64,000 bases of DNA, taken from Macrostomum lignano. Its lineage: Eukaryota. Shown piece by piece: positions 52,001 to 64,000 of the stretch. The stretch's first letter is position 1. Each line of letters begins with the position of its first letter. A program made the position numbers and the translations under genes. Below the pieces are notes generated by a model. It had not been told where the DNA came from, did not search any database, and worked only from the letters and a program-made list of their open reading frames with translations. The stretch is from the NCBI GenBank assembly GCA_002269645.1, contig NIVC01000427.1:1-64000 (forward strand). Direction: 5' to 3'.

Positions 52001-53638
52001 ATTAGGACCGGGAACTGGGGCCCCCGGTTGATGATGAGTCACCAAGCCGTCGATAAAAGGCTTAACAATAATTATTATATTTGGCACTGGCTGCAAAAGC
52101 TCAGGAATCTTGGGGCTGCCTGATTATTTTGCTTATAACCGGACACCAAGAAAGTGTAAAATCTTCTGAAAGAAAGGCTGCATTAACAGCTAGTAGGCCA
52201 GAGTGTCTGGTGAAACATAAAACTTTTCTTTCTTTAATTGTCAGATCGCACAAGCTGCCGGGCTGTGATGATGCTTGATCGGTCTGGATGATGTGTCAAT
52301 CACTGCAGCTGACTGGGATTTCTGTTGCCTAAAAACAACATCAGCTCGTAGCCCAGTTCTATTCTTTTGCTGATGCAAATCTCGGATAATGCAGTCTTGT
52401 AATGGAATGCAGGATTAGATAATCTCTACCTTATGCAAAATGCCGTAATAGCAATTTAGCCGGCAGTCACAGGCCATTCCGCCAATTCTGTGTAGCATTG
52501 AAGTCAAATGATTCCGAAAGCTTGAACAAGGAGATTAAAATTGCATTTGGAGTAAAAATCCCCCGATGTATATAAAGGGATAATGTTGTAGATTTCGATC
52601 TAGCAATTGCTACAGCGGGTAGTTGCGAAGTCAAATTGACGGCAAACTACTGAGACACGAGGAAAGGTAGACACGAGACAGAATAGTATATAGCGTAAAA
52701 GGTAGGTGCGAGACAAACTACCATATGAGAGGCAGGCACAAGACAAGCTACCATAGAGTGAGAGGTAGACACAAAACAAGCTACCACATAGTAAGAGGTA
52801 GACACAAGACAAGCTACCACATAGTAAGAGGTAGACACAAGACAGGTTACCATAGAGTGAGAAGTGGGCACGAGACAAGCTAACATAGAGTGAGAGGTAG
52901 ACACAAGACAGGTTACCATAGAGTGAGAAGTGGACACGAGACAAGCTACCATAGAGTGAGAGGTAGACACAAGACAGGTTACCATAGAGTGAGAAGTGGG
53001 CACGAGACAAGCTAACATAGAGTGAGAGGTAGACACGAGATAAGCTACCATAGAGTGAGAGGTAGACACGAGATAAGCTACCACATAGTGAGAGGTAGAC
53101 ACAAGACAAGCTACCATAGGGTGAGAGGTAGACACAAGACAAGCTACCATAGAGTGAGAGGTAGACACAAGACAGGTTACCATAGAGTGAGAAGTGGACA
53201 CGAGACAAGCTAACATAGAGTGAGAGGTAGGAATTCAATGCATAGAGGAACGATTTTAAAGAGCTACAAACTCTTCAAATGGCAGTTACAAAGAGCTACA
53301 CAGAGCATTCAAAAGGCAGTACATGCATCATTGCTTACGGATATTCCAGCTTCCGCCTGGGTCTCGTGATTGTAGTGATTCGGCATGAAAGTGTAGTTAT
53401 ACCCGATGCCCTGGCAAACCGGTATAGTGATCGGCTGGCAACGCTTGCCCGAACCCATATCGCTTGGCAGGCTGCCAGCTATGGGGATGTGACTGGAGCC
53501 GAAGTGGCCCGTCCGGCCGTCCGGGTAGTCCGAATAGCCGAGGCCAAGTGGCCGAGTTGGCGGCGAAGAGCGTTCGATGGAGCCGCAGGCGGACACCAGT
53601 GCCAGCAGCAGGCCCAGCAGCAGCAGCTGTCGGCTCAT
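43053..53638 (-). CDS. FZD5/8: Frizzled-5/8 class Wnt receptor, 609 aa
   Basis: Exons 53638-53339 (signal peptide; CQPITIPVCQGIGYNYTFMPNHYNHETQAEAG), 48679-48466 ([28 protein letters not shown]...PLMRQYGFSWPEHMDCSRLP), 44748-44105 and 43724-43053; 1830 nt with consistent phases. Seven TM segments, KTLQTW (KTxxxW) and a C-terminal SQV PDZ-binding motif; HQFWPL is typical of Fz5/8. Confidence 0.95.
43795..44092. repeat. 20-bp minisatellite, about 15 copies
   Basis: Unit ACACTCAGATACACAGCA(G/A)C fills frizzled intron 44104-43725. Confidence 0.93.
48122..48455. repeat. 20-bp minisatellite, about 16 copies
   Basis: Unit GTACCCTGTACCAG(A/C)TGCGA starts about 10 nt inside the donor at 48465. Confidence 0.95.
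48735..49705. repeat. 26-bp minisatellite, about 37 copies
   Basis: Unit GAACCGGACAGAACAGAAGATACAGA. Confidence 0.97.
50750..51200. repeat. 23-bp minisatellite, about 19 copies
   Basis: Unit AATTCAGTG(C/T)CT(A/G)AATCGCCCCT. Confidence 0.9.
52690..53230. repeat. 33-bp minisatellite (intron side of frizzled coding exon 1)
   Basis: Unit CATAGAGTGAGAGGTAGACACAAGACAAGCTAC. Confidence 0.95.
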
Positions 53639-53696
53639 GGGATCTCGACGGACTTGGGATCTGAGTATTGAGGAGGGGAACGGGTTGGGTGTGGAT

Positions 53697-54105
53697 ACCA
53701 TAGAGTGAGAGGTAGACACAAGACAAGATACCACATGGTGAGAGAGGTAGATACGAGACAAGATACCATAGAGTGAGAGGTAGACACAAGACAAGATACC
53801 ACATAGTGAGAAAGGTATATACGAGACAAGATACCATATAGTGAGAGGTAGACACAAGACAAGATACCATATAGTGAGAGGTAGACACAAGACAAGATAC
53901 CACAGAGTGAGAGGTAGACATGAGATAAGATACCATAGAGTGAGAGGTAGACACGAGACAAGATACCACAGAGTGAGAGGTAGACATGAGATAAGATACC
54001 ATAGAGTGAGAGGTAGACACAAGACAAGATACCACAGAGTGAGAGGTAGACATGCGATAAGATACCATAGAGTGAGAGGTAGACACGAGATAAGCTACCA
54101 TAGAT
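53697..54105. repeat. 33-bp minisatellite, same family as 52690-53230 (upstream side of frizzled coding exon 1)
   Basis: Unit CA(T/C)AGAGTGAGAGGTAGACAC(A/G)AGACAAGATAC. Confidence 0.95.
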
Positions 54106-57100
54106 CGAGTGAAAGGTAGCTGGATACGCGATTTAAAAATGGCATCCCAAGCTGAAAATCAATTTAAATGCCAGTTGGCATAAAGCTTTGAATATTTTTA
54201 ATGTTGTCGGTAGTCAATGACTTGTGCCTAGGTACTGGAATCTAACATCTAATGCCAGGGTGCCAAAATAAGCAAAGACGCGTGCCTTGGCACCCGTATG
54301 CCACAAAAAGAAACACAGTTTTGTATTGTATTATGATTGTATTCCAATCTCTTTTCATTGCATCCAATTTTTTTCGCAGCCAGCCGCAAGTGTATCAGCT
54401 AACGGAATGTAGAAGCGCCAATACAAAGAGTATACTCATCAAAGGCAGCTGCATCTTACTCTTTTGGAGAAATAGCTTGTAGCTCAGAAACTAACATGCA
54501 GCGCCGACACTCCATTTCTATTCCTTTGATTCCTTTAGCTGAGCCTTCGCGCCAGGTGTGCCCCCCTTCCCTGTTCCTGTTCCTTGTCCCAAAGACAAAG
54601 GAGCTGCTGCAATATTCATGGTTCCGGGTTGCTCTCTGTTAAGATTTCCAATTGTCGGCTCAACCAACGTCTTCACCGAGAGAAACAATACAATATAAAA
54701 AAATTCTGGGTGGCCCCCTCCCTCACCACTGTGTGCGCCAGAGAAGGCATTCAGGTGCCTTCAATGAGGAGAAAAAAATGGTTGCAAAACTGCCGATCGA
54801 TCCCACGCAATACTCAGCTGTGTACCGTGGGATCGCGGAATTTTTGACACACTGGAAGGATTATTGATTCAACTCCATGGGCCTGCCGAGCTAATGGCTT
54901 GCAAACACTGCAATTCGGCCCGTTGAGCGAGAGTCTGATCCCCCCTTGTCTTGGTTCTGTTCTCTTTCATCTGTCGCTCACCCGTTCGCTAACTAGCTCG
55001 CGAAAGCGGATTCTTGAGTCCGTGCTCTCTCAATCTAAGAACGGGTCTCTGTCTCTCCCAGCCACGGCTCGGGCTCCTTGGCTGTTAAAGACAGCCTCTA
55101 ATTAACTGGAAAAGTAAAATTTGATACCACCCGAATCCCTCACTTGAACACGGGCTTGCTTGTCTTGTCCTGTCTTGTCAGGACATGCGCAACCCCTTTG
55201 CTCAACCGGGCTTGTCGGGTTTCTCAAAACAGGACAGACGGCGAAAGGCGAGATCTACCCCGCGGGGGGTGGGACTGCTCTCCTCCTAAAATCAGCCCCT
55301 CAGCCAGCCCAGCAACCTCGTCTCTCCGTTCGAGAACCGTGTTACAGCTCAGAGACTGACTGTCTGAACCCCCTAATACCGAAATGAAAGTTTAATATTG
55401 CCAGTTGCAGGCCCGTGACAGTTAATAGCTGTAAGGATAGGATCTGCACAAATCTCCCTCCATTTCTTAGCGAGTATTAAAGGGATTATGAGGACTAAGC
55501 AGCCCAAGGGAAGTCCGTGTGTCACTCTTTTAGCTATCAGCCAGAATTCCAACTTCCCGGGTGGATAAGGGGGCTACCGATTGGCATCTTGGAGTATTCA
55601 AATACCTTATATCCCAATATACATGTCTCTGCAGCTTAAGCCGAATCGATGAGTCAGACCAGACAGAATCAGACAGATGTAACAGCTGATTAACAAACGC
55701 ACCGGTGTCACTTGTAAGGGGTCACTCCCAAAACAGGCGGTAATCCCAGTCCTGCCTCGTCAGAGCTTGAAATCCTCCTGATTTCTCTTCTTCCTTTTCT
55801 TTCTCTTTTAAAAAGGAACCCCCCGGCCTGCCCGCCTGAATAGTCGGCTTAGAAAAGCAAAAACTCGGGGGGCCAAGCCGCTCCACGGCGGGACCTGCGC
55901 GCGACAGTCAGCTGCGGGCGTCACTTTCCCCCGGTTCCGAGGACTTAGGAAAATATCCGGAGATTGCGCAGGGATTACGGCTTGTCTCCAACGTCATGTG
56001 TCGGCAACTCCTTCGGCATTCCAACTGTTCCTAAATAGGAGAGTTTTAAAGGCTTCTTGAAGCCTGTAAATTTGTCGCTGGAAACTGGAAACTGTAACCG
56101 GGCCGGTCCATTATAGAGGCGTTTTCTCTGCAAGGGCAATTTCCTTATATTTTCCCTCGCGCTGAGTAAACACTGAGTCCCCCCGCTCTATTTAGTCACA
56201 GGGATAATTTTTTTAAAACACGCCAGACAGACTGAAAACGGTATTGCGACTTTTTCACGTGCACCATAATGCAGAGGCGACTCAACCGCAAATGCTACAC
56301 TGCTAGAGGAAAAAGTGAAAACGGGTCCTTTGTCTGTCCTTTCTCTGCCCTCCCCTCCCACCCAGCCCAGTGCCGTCACGGAGAGGTGAGCTGGTGTGTG
56401 TGTGAATCAGCGGACAACAGCTATAAGCCTGGATTGGATAGAGAGTGTTGGTGGAGCTGCAAAAGAAGCAGCGACAGTCGCATTGAACCGAGATGGCTAC
56501 CCGAGACCCACTTCAGAAAATCTGCTTACTGCAGCGCCGCAAAAACTCGCTGAGTCGCAAAGCCTGCAGCGCGGCGGACAAGTGGATTTGAGCACACAAT
56601 TAACGTTAATCAGCATGCAAGCCGTGACTCACACAGAGAATCCGCTCTCTATGACTTGCGGTAGGGAGGGGGTGGAGAAGGGGAGCCACTGGCTGGCTTA
56701 ATCCGCTCCCTGGGCTCTTTGCTTGATTCGAAGGCGCGCTTCTTCTGCAAGAGAATGACAACAGCAGACAGAGGGGAGACAGAGACTCAAAGAGAGGGTG
56801 GAGCTGCAGGGAGCAGAAAGTTGGCAGCTTTCTATGAAAAACAGCTCACTCCACTTCCTGCCTGTCTGCACTGCATTGAACAGTAGCAGAGTAGTGGAGT
56901 GGCTTCAAGTCTGAAAAGTCTCATATAGTTGGGACAGCTGCTCAGGAAGGGGACTTGATTGGCAGGAGCAGGCACTGCAGTTGTCAGTGTGGCGGTCGGT
57001 TTGCCAGAGATTTATTATTGTAAGAAATTCAATCAAGAAAGCAAAAATCTGGTTAATTTACAGACATATAACTAATCTCACTATGTTTTAAAGCAATTTC

Positions 57101-57629
57101 ACTCAATTGTTTTTGAACTTAGGATTGCCAGCATCAGCCTGCTTCATGTTCATATGTTGCACGGTCATTACTAGCAAGATTTGTTAATGCTAAATAATCT
57201 GTGCAAAAATACGTACAAGCGGTAAAGCCTCTAGTGTCTGCCTGAACTTGTCTAGGCAATTCCAGTGTCTATCAATCGACATCAGTCTAATACTGTATAG
57301 ACCTTCTAATTGATATTCTTAGTGCGCTTGACTGACATGCAGTTTGGGGGCGGAGTCGATGGGACTGCTTGGCGGGTGCCTTTGGCTGTCAGTCAAATTC
57401 TCAGTCATTCCATGCGCGAACAACCTTCACCTCAGCAAATCAGTAATTTGTTATTTATTGCAGCGAAGAGAAAGGCGAGGGAAGGTGCTAGTCAGAAGCT
57501 TGTTGCTACCCTTGCATAGGTAATCGGTACTGCTGCTGCACTGTGCGAGCTGGTGCAACCTGACACGGGAAGTTGAGATTTTTTAGTAACAATTTGACCC
57601 CCATCAGTGTGGGCGTCTGACTGGTTGGA

Positions 57630-58825
57630 TTCAGCCAGATGACACTAGGATAGACTGGCCGCCTGACACTAGGGAAGACTAGCAAGCTGACACTAGGGGA
57701 GACCGGCCATCTGACACTAGGGGAGACTGGCCGCCTGACACTAGGGAAGACTAGCAAGCTGACACTAGGGGAGACCGGCCATCTGACACTAGGGGAGACT
57801 GGCAATCTGACACTAGAGAAGACTGGCCGCCTGACACTAGGGAAGACTAGCAATCTGACACTAGGGAAGACCGGCCATCTGACACTAGGGAAGACCGGCC
57901 ATCTGACACTAGGGAAGACTGGCCATCTGACACTAGGGGAGACCAGCAATCTGACACTAGGGGAGACCAGCAATCTGACACTAGGGAAGACCAGCAATCT
58001 GACACTAGGGGAGACCAGCAATCTGACACTAGGGGAGACCAGCAATCTGACACTAGGGGAGACCAGCAATCTGACACTAGGGGAGACCGGCCATCTGACA
58101 CTAGGGGAGACCAGCAATCTGACACTAGGGGAGACCAGCAATCTGACACTAGGGAAGACCGGCCATCTGACACTAGGGGAGACCAGCAATCTGACACTAG
58201 GGGAGACCAGCAATCTGACACTAGGGGAGACCGGCCATCTGACACTAGGGGAGACCAGCAATCTGACACTAGGGGAGACCAGCAATCTGACACTAGGGGA
58301 GACCGGCCATCTGACACTAGGGGAGACCAGCAATCTGACACTAGGAGAGACCAGCAATCTGACACTAGGGGAGACCGGCCATCTGACACTAGGGGAGACC
58401 AGCAATCTGACACTAGGGGAGACGGACCATCTGACACTAGGGGAGACCAGCAATCTGACACTAGGGGAGACCGGCCATCTGACACTAGGGGAGACCGGCC
58501 ATCTGACACTAGGGGAGACCGGCCATCTGACACTAGGGGAGACCAGCAATCTGACACTAGGGAAGACTGGCCGCCTGACACTAGGGAAGACTGGCCGCCT
58601 GACACTAGGGAAGACTGGCCGCCTGACACTAGGGGAGACCAGCAATCTGACACTAGGGGAGACCGGCCATCTGACACTAGGGGAGACCGGCCATCTGACA
58701 CTAGGGGAGACCGGCCATCTGACACTAGGGAAGACCGGCCATCTGACACTAGGGAAGACCGGCCATCTGACACTAGGGAAGACCGGCCATCTGACACTAG
58801 GGAAGACTGGCAATCTAACACTAGG
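57630..58825. repeat. 24-bp minisatellite, about 50 copies
   Basis: Unit GACACTAGGG(G/A)AGAC(CAGCA/CGGCC)ATCT. Confidence 0.97.
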
Positions 58826-59269
58826 AAGAAAAGACTAAGTCTGATGATCAGTTCATTAAGAAGCGTTTAGCTCGCGCATTCACAAATCGAGGCCCTACAG
58901 CGAAAGCATCAGCTACAATCCATACAGCACAGGTAAGGGCTGATGCTGCATAGGGATAACGCTGCTCCTATCCCAGCAAGCTTTTTGGGAAATAACGATT
59001 GCTCGGTTAGATTAGGCTACGCAGCCCTGCAAAGGGGATTTTTTCCTATAACGGTATACATATAGTCTGTCAGTCAGGAAAGAGCGACCGCTGCAGTTTC
59101 ACGAGGCTTAGGTGTGCGTTATGTATTCTGCACTGGCGGCATTGGCAGTGGGGTTAACATACACTCTGACATACTTTTTATTTAGTTAAGTCTCACATAC
59201 CTCTTAGTCTCTGCATGAGGCGATAGGGTCTCTAGACGAGGGGCTTAGAATCTGACACTCCCGAATCAG

Positions 59270-59875
59270 AATCTCCAGATGAAGAGCAATGAGATCTCTA
59301 GATGTGGAGCCATGAGATCTCAAGATGAAGAGCCGTGAGATCTCTAGATGAAAAGCCGTGAAATCTCTAGATGAGGAGACATGAGATCTTAGATGAGAAG
59401 CCATGATATCTCTAGATGAGGAGACATGAGATCTCTAGATGAGGAGACATAAAATCGCTAGATGAGCAGCCATGAGATCTCTAGATGAGGAGACATGAAA
59501 TCTCTAGATGAGAAGCCATGAGATCTCTAGATGAGGAGACATGAGATCTCTAGATGAGGAGACATAAAATCGCTAGATGAGGAGACATGAGATCTCTAGA
59601 TGAGGAGACATGAGATCGCTAGATGAGGAGACGAGATCTCTAGATGAAAAGCCGTGAGATCTCTAGATGAAAAGCTGTGAGGCATAAGGAGATATGAGAT
59701 CGCTAGATGAGAAGCCATGAGATCGCTAGATGAGGAGACATTAAATCTCTAGATGAAGAGCCATGATATCTCTAGATGAGGAGCCATGAGATCTCTAGAT
59801 GAGGAGACATGAGATCGCTAGATAAGGAGACATGACATCTCTAGATGAGGAGCCATGAGATATCTAGAAAATTGG
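59270..59875. repeat. 23-bp minisatellite, about 26 copies
   Basis: Unit GAGATCTCTAGATGAGGAGACAT. Confidence 0.93.
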
Positions 59876-61222
59876 GCAGTATCTCTAGAGAAGGTGCCAG
59901 GATCCATAAGCAGGTACGAAGGTGTGTGCAACCGAGTCTCTAGATGGTGCAAACATGCCCGATCCCCGAAAAAGTTAATAATAAAAGTTTGATTGATCAA
60001 TGATTGCTCACCCATGCATTTTGGCAGCTCAGAGGTCGCTCTGTTCAACGCGCCAGAATTTGTATTTCTTTTCAATTTCTGCTTTCGTAAAGCTTTTATG
60101 GTACAGTTTTTTAGTTTTAAAATTTTTACGACCTTAAAGCTGTCACCTGGGAACGGGAGGAGACAGCGGCGATTGACAGTAATAAATTAATAGGGCGGGG
60201 CCGGGACTGCAGTTTATAGGCGGAAAGAATTGTATGAGGGGAGGGGAGAGAAGTAAGAAGAGATGAGGCGTCGAATGGTCTAATATCTCATCCCCAATAA
60301 GCTGTCCGGCCCAACCTTCCGTGCACTGCTCAACCCTTGCAATGATGGAACACAACCAGGGGACAGGGTGAGGCGAAGGTCCCAACCCCCAGCTGACAGC
60401 CAATCAGAGCCAAGCTGTGTGCCTATTGGGTGATGATTTGGTTATGGGTAGCCTTTAATGCTGATTAACACATTGACGAGGAGGGGAAGGAGTGGCATGA
60501 GGGGATAGGGTTGGGGTCTATATTTTTGCGCGGGTCACGGATGCTGCTCTTGTGCTATAACTCCAGGGGCATCATCATCATTTCCAGCGGTTTTTGATTG
60601 ACAGGGCCTTGTTGTATTATGTGGTGGGGGGCTTGGCGGACAATGGCAGAGAAGCTGAATGGGACTCAGTGTGGAGACTGCCTTCCCTCGCCCCTGCACC
60701 CCTGCACCTCAAATTTGTCCAGCAGCATCATTGCAGCTTCCTCTCAGCCTCTCGGCTTCATCTCCTCCCAACAATTCCTGCCTGCCTCAGCCTCCCCCAC
60801 TTGTCCATTATTCAAGCTTCCTCTCACGGCATCAATTATGCAAGTTCTGGAGAGTTTGCTCTCCCCTCTCAATCCTTTTCCCTGCTCCCCCCTCGACAGC
60901 ACGCGACTTCTGCTGCTGCCAAGCCAGTGGGTTCACCTCAGCCTCTGTCCAAATTCAATTCCATATAGGTAGCGCTGCCACAGATGTACGGAGGACGGAT
61001 TGACACACCTGGACACCCCCAAACAGCTTCCATCATCTGGCCACTCTAACTAACTAAATCCTCATCTTACGCCTGACCCTGGTCCCTCCGTTCCTCTCTC
61101 TCTCTGTACCACCAAAACTCTTGCGCTCACGGTTACTAGGAGTATGCATTGAGCTCCCCATTTGGCAGGGACTTGAATAAAATTCCCGAAATTTTTTTGA
61201 GCGAAACAATTTCACACAAATT

Positions 61223-61793
61223 GCTTTAGCACCAGGGGCTTTAGCACCAGGGGCTTTAGCACCAAGGGGCTTTAGCACCAGGGGCTTTAGCACCAAGGGG
61301 CTTTAGCACCAGGGGCTTTAGCACCAGGGGCTTTAGCACCAGGGGCTTTAGCACCAGGGGCTTTAGCACCAGGGGCTTTAGCACCAGGGGCTTTAGCACC
61401 AGGGGCGCCAGCACCAGGGGCGCCAGCACCAGGGGCTTTAGCACCAGGGGCTTTAGCACCAGGGGCTTTAGCACCAGGGGCTTTAGCACCAGGGGCGCCA
61501 GCACCAGGGGCGCCAGCACCAGGGGCGCCAGCACCAGGGGCGCCAGCACCAGGGGCGCCAGCACCAGGGGCGCCAGCACCAGGGGCGCCAGCACCAGGGG
61601 CGCCAGCACCAGGGGCGCCAGCACCAGGGGCGCCAGCACCAGGGGCGCCAGCACCAGGGGCGCCAGCACCAGGGGCGCCAGCACCAGGGGCGCCAGCACC
61701 AGGGGCGCCAGCACCAGGGGCGCCAGCACCAGGGGCGCCAGCACCAGGGGCGCCAGCACCAGGGGCGCCAGCACCAGGGGCGCCAGCACCAGG
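61223..61793. repeat. 15-bp minisatellite, about 38 copies in variant blocks
   Basis: GCACCAGGGGCTTTA blocks followed by GCACCAGGGGCGCCA blocks. Confidence 0.97.
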
Positions 61794-62409
61794 GTCTGGC
61801 TATAGCAAGTGCCACGTGGTCCCACAAAGCAGGGAATAGAGCTTGCACCTGTGTGCCATCCTCTCACAATCCTCTGCAGAAAAGCAAACGTTTTCTGCCA
61901 ACATTCCAATAATAACTAGGTGTACACAATGCCATTTATATTGGGACTGACAGAATGTGGCGGTGTCTCACGCAGAGTAACTTGGGTTCCGCTATACTGC
62001 CAATCTGTATATTATCTATACCCAGTCCCAAATTCCACCGCCTTGCCAAGCTCGCAGTTTGGCACGGAATTTCATAAAGCAAGTGAATAGAAACATTTCT
62101 TTGCTTTTTCGTCCAGAAAATTCTTTGAATTCTTTGTTTTCTTGGTTTTTTTATAAATTCAGCGACTGCCTCCATTTAAGCCATTTAAGCCAGAGAAGAA
62201 AAAACCCGATTGCTTGCTTCTGCTGTTCATGCATTTCCATAACGATTCACAGTGTCTTTTTGTGCGAAAATCAAGACCAACCGCTTCCTCGGAGCCTTGG
62301 GAGCCTTTTTCTTCCTAATATGACGCTACACGACTTCCTTAGTGCCTCAGTGCATCTTCCAGTGACCTGCTATCTCTGAAAAAGTGACCCAGTGCATCGT
62401 CCTGGGACC

Positions 62410-63780
62410 TACTGCCTCTTCCAGTGACCCACTACCTCTTCCAGTGACCTACTACCTCTTCCAGTGACCCACTACCTCTTCCAGTGACCCACTACCTCTT
62501 CCAGTGACCCACTACCTCTTCCAGTGACCCACTACCTCTTCCAGTGACCCACTACCTCTTTCAGTGACCCACTACCTCTTCCAGTGACCCACTACCTCTT
62601 CCAGTGACCTACTACCTCTCCCAGTGACCTACTACCTCTTCCAGTGACCTACTACCTCTTCCTACGTCTTCCAGTGACCTACTACCTCTTCCAGTGACCT
62701 ACTACCTCTTCCAGTGACCTACTACCTCTTCCAGTGACCCACTACCTCTTCCAGTGACCCACTACCTCTTCCAGTGACCCACTACCTCTTCCAGTGACCC
62801 ACTACCTCTTCCAGTGACCCACTACCTCTTCCAGTGACCCACTACCTCTTTCAGTGACCCACTACCTCTTCCAGTGACCTACTACCTCTTCCAGTGACCC
62901 ACTACCTCTTCCAGTGACCTACTACCTCTTCCTACGTCTTCCAGTGACCTACTACCTCTTTCTACGTCTTCCAGTGATTTACTGCGTCTTCCAGTGACCT
63001 GCTATCTCTTCCAGTGACCTACTACCTCTTTCAGTGACCCACTACCTCTTCCAGTGACCTACTACCTCTCCCAGTGACCTACTACCTCTCCCAGTGACCT
63101 ACTACCTCTCCCAGTGACCTGCTATCTCTTCCAGTGACCCACTACCTCTCCCAGTGACCCACTACGTCTTCCATTGACCTACTGTGTCTTCCAGTGACCC
63201 ACTACGTCTTCCAGTGACCCACTACCTCTTCCAGTGACCCACTACCTCTTCCAGTGACCCACTACCTCTTCCAGTGACCTACTACCTCTTCCAGTGACCT
63301 ACTACCTCTTCCAGTGACCTACTACCTCTTCCAGTGACCTACTACCTCTTCCAGTGACCTACTACCTCTTCCAGTGACCTACTACCTCTTCCTACGTCTT
63401 CCAGTGACCTACTACCTCTTCCAGTGACCTACTACCTCTTCCAGTGACCTACTACCTCTTCCAGTGACCTACTACCTCTTCCTACGTCTTCCAGTGACCT
63501 ACTACCTCTTCCAGTGACCTACTACCTCTTCCTACGTCTTCCAGTGACCTACTACCTCTTTCTACGTCTTCCAGTGATTTACTGCGTCTTCCAGTGACCT
63601 GCTATCTCTTCCAGTGACCTACTACCTCTTCCAGTGACCTGCTATCTCTTCCAGTGACCTACTACCTCTCCCAGTGACCTGCTATCTCTTCCAGTGACCT
63701 ACTACCTCTCCCAGTGACCCACTACGTCTTCCATTGACCTACTGTGTCTTCCAGTGACCCACTACGTCTTTCATTGACGT
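62410..63780. repeat. 20-bp minisatellite, about 65 copies with 10-bp subunit insertions
   Basis: Unit CCAGTGACC(T/C)ACTACCTCTT. Confidence 0.97.
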
Positions 63781-64000
63781 ACGGTTTCTGACGGTGCTTC
63801 GGCCATGCATGTTTCATAAGATACTAGTAAAACAAAATTGAGTGACTTTATGCTTGTATTATTTATGAAAAAAAACGTTATTAGCCTCATTAAGAAGTTA
63901 TTAGATAATAATTTAACTGTAAGCTACATGCTCACTATTGTCTGTCGCTTAACGGTGATAATTTCACATAATTTCACATACATGAATAGCAATAGGTAAA

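Noticed and set aside
52261-52400. Minus-strand peptide GLRADVVFRQQKSQSAAVID resembling a restriction-like endonuclease of R2/NeSL retroelements
   Set aside because: Short, bounded by a stop, with no adjacent RT or CCHC motif; a chance match is likely.
57506-58821. 435-aa and 324-aa ORFs (PVSPSVRW, SPLVSDGR)
   Set aside because: 24-bp unit open in multiple frames; no unique coding flanks.

Overview
Eukaryotic (metazoan) genomic DNA with spliceosomal GT-AG introns, GC- and Ala-rich exons and about 16-17 kb (roughly a quarter) of tandem repeats. This style suggests a Macrostomum-type flatworm, but that is inference only. Seven protein-coding genes can be reconstructed by hand. On the + strand: the 3' part of a TIA1/TIAR gene (98-9688, one apparent 1-bp frameshift) and an intronless degenerate vWA protein with a GIY-YIG-like C-terminus. 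On the - strand: a 5-exon CCCHx3/RWD-like/CHY zinc-finger gene, CHMP3, CHCHD2, ERGIC1 and a 4-exon Frizzled-5/8. Mobile DNA includes a 1250-bp DD34D mariner (30-bp TIRs, TA TSD, one frameshift), a 1044-bp solo LTR (4-bp TSD) packed with stress-TF motifs, a 698-bp foldback element (8-bp TSD), several MITE-like hairpins and a tRNA-derived CORE-type SINE family. 14 of the 15 fully visible introns carry their own tandem array. Most long ORFs in the supplied track are artefacts of these repeats. No CRISPR, rRNA or convincing tRNA gene was seen. No database searches were run; family calls come from motif recognition.
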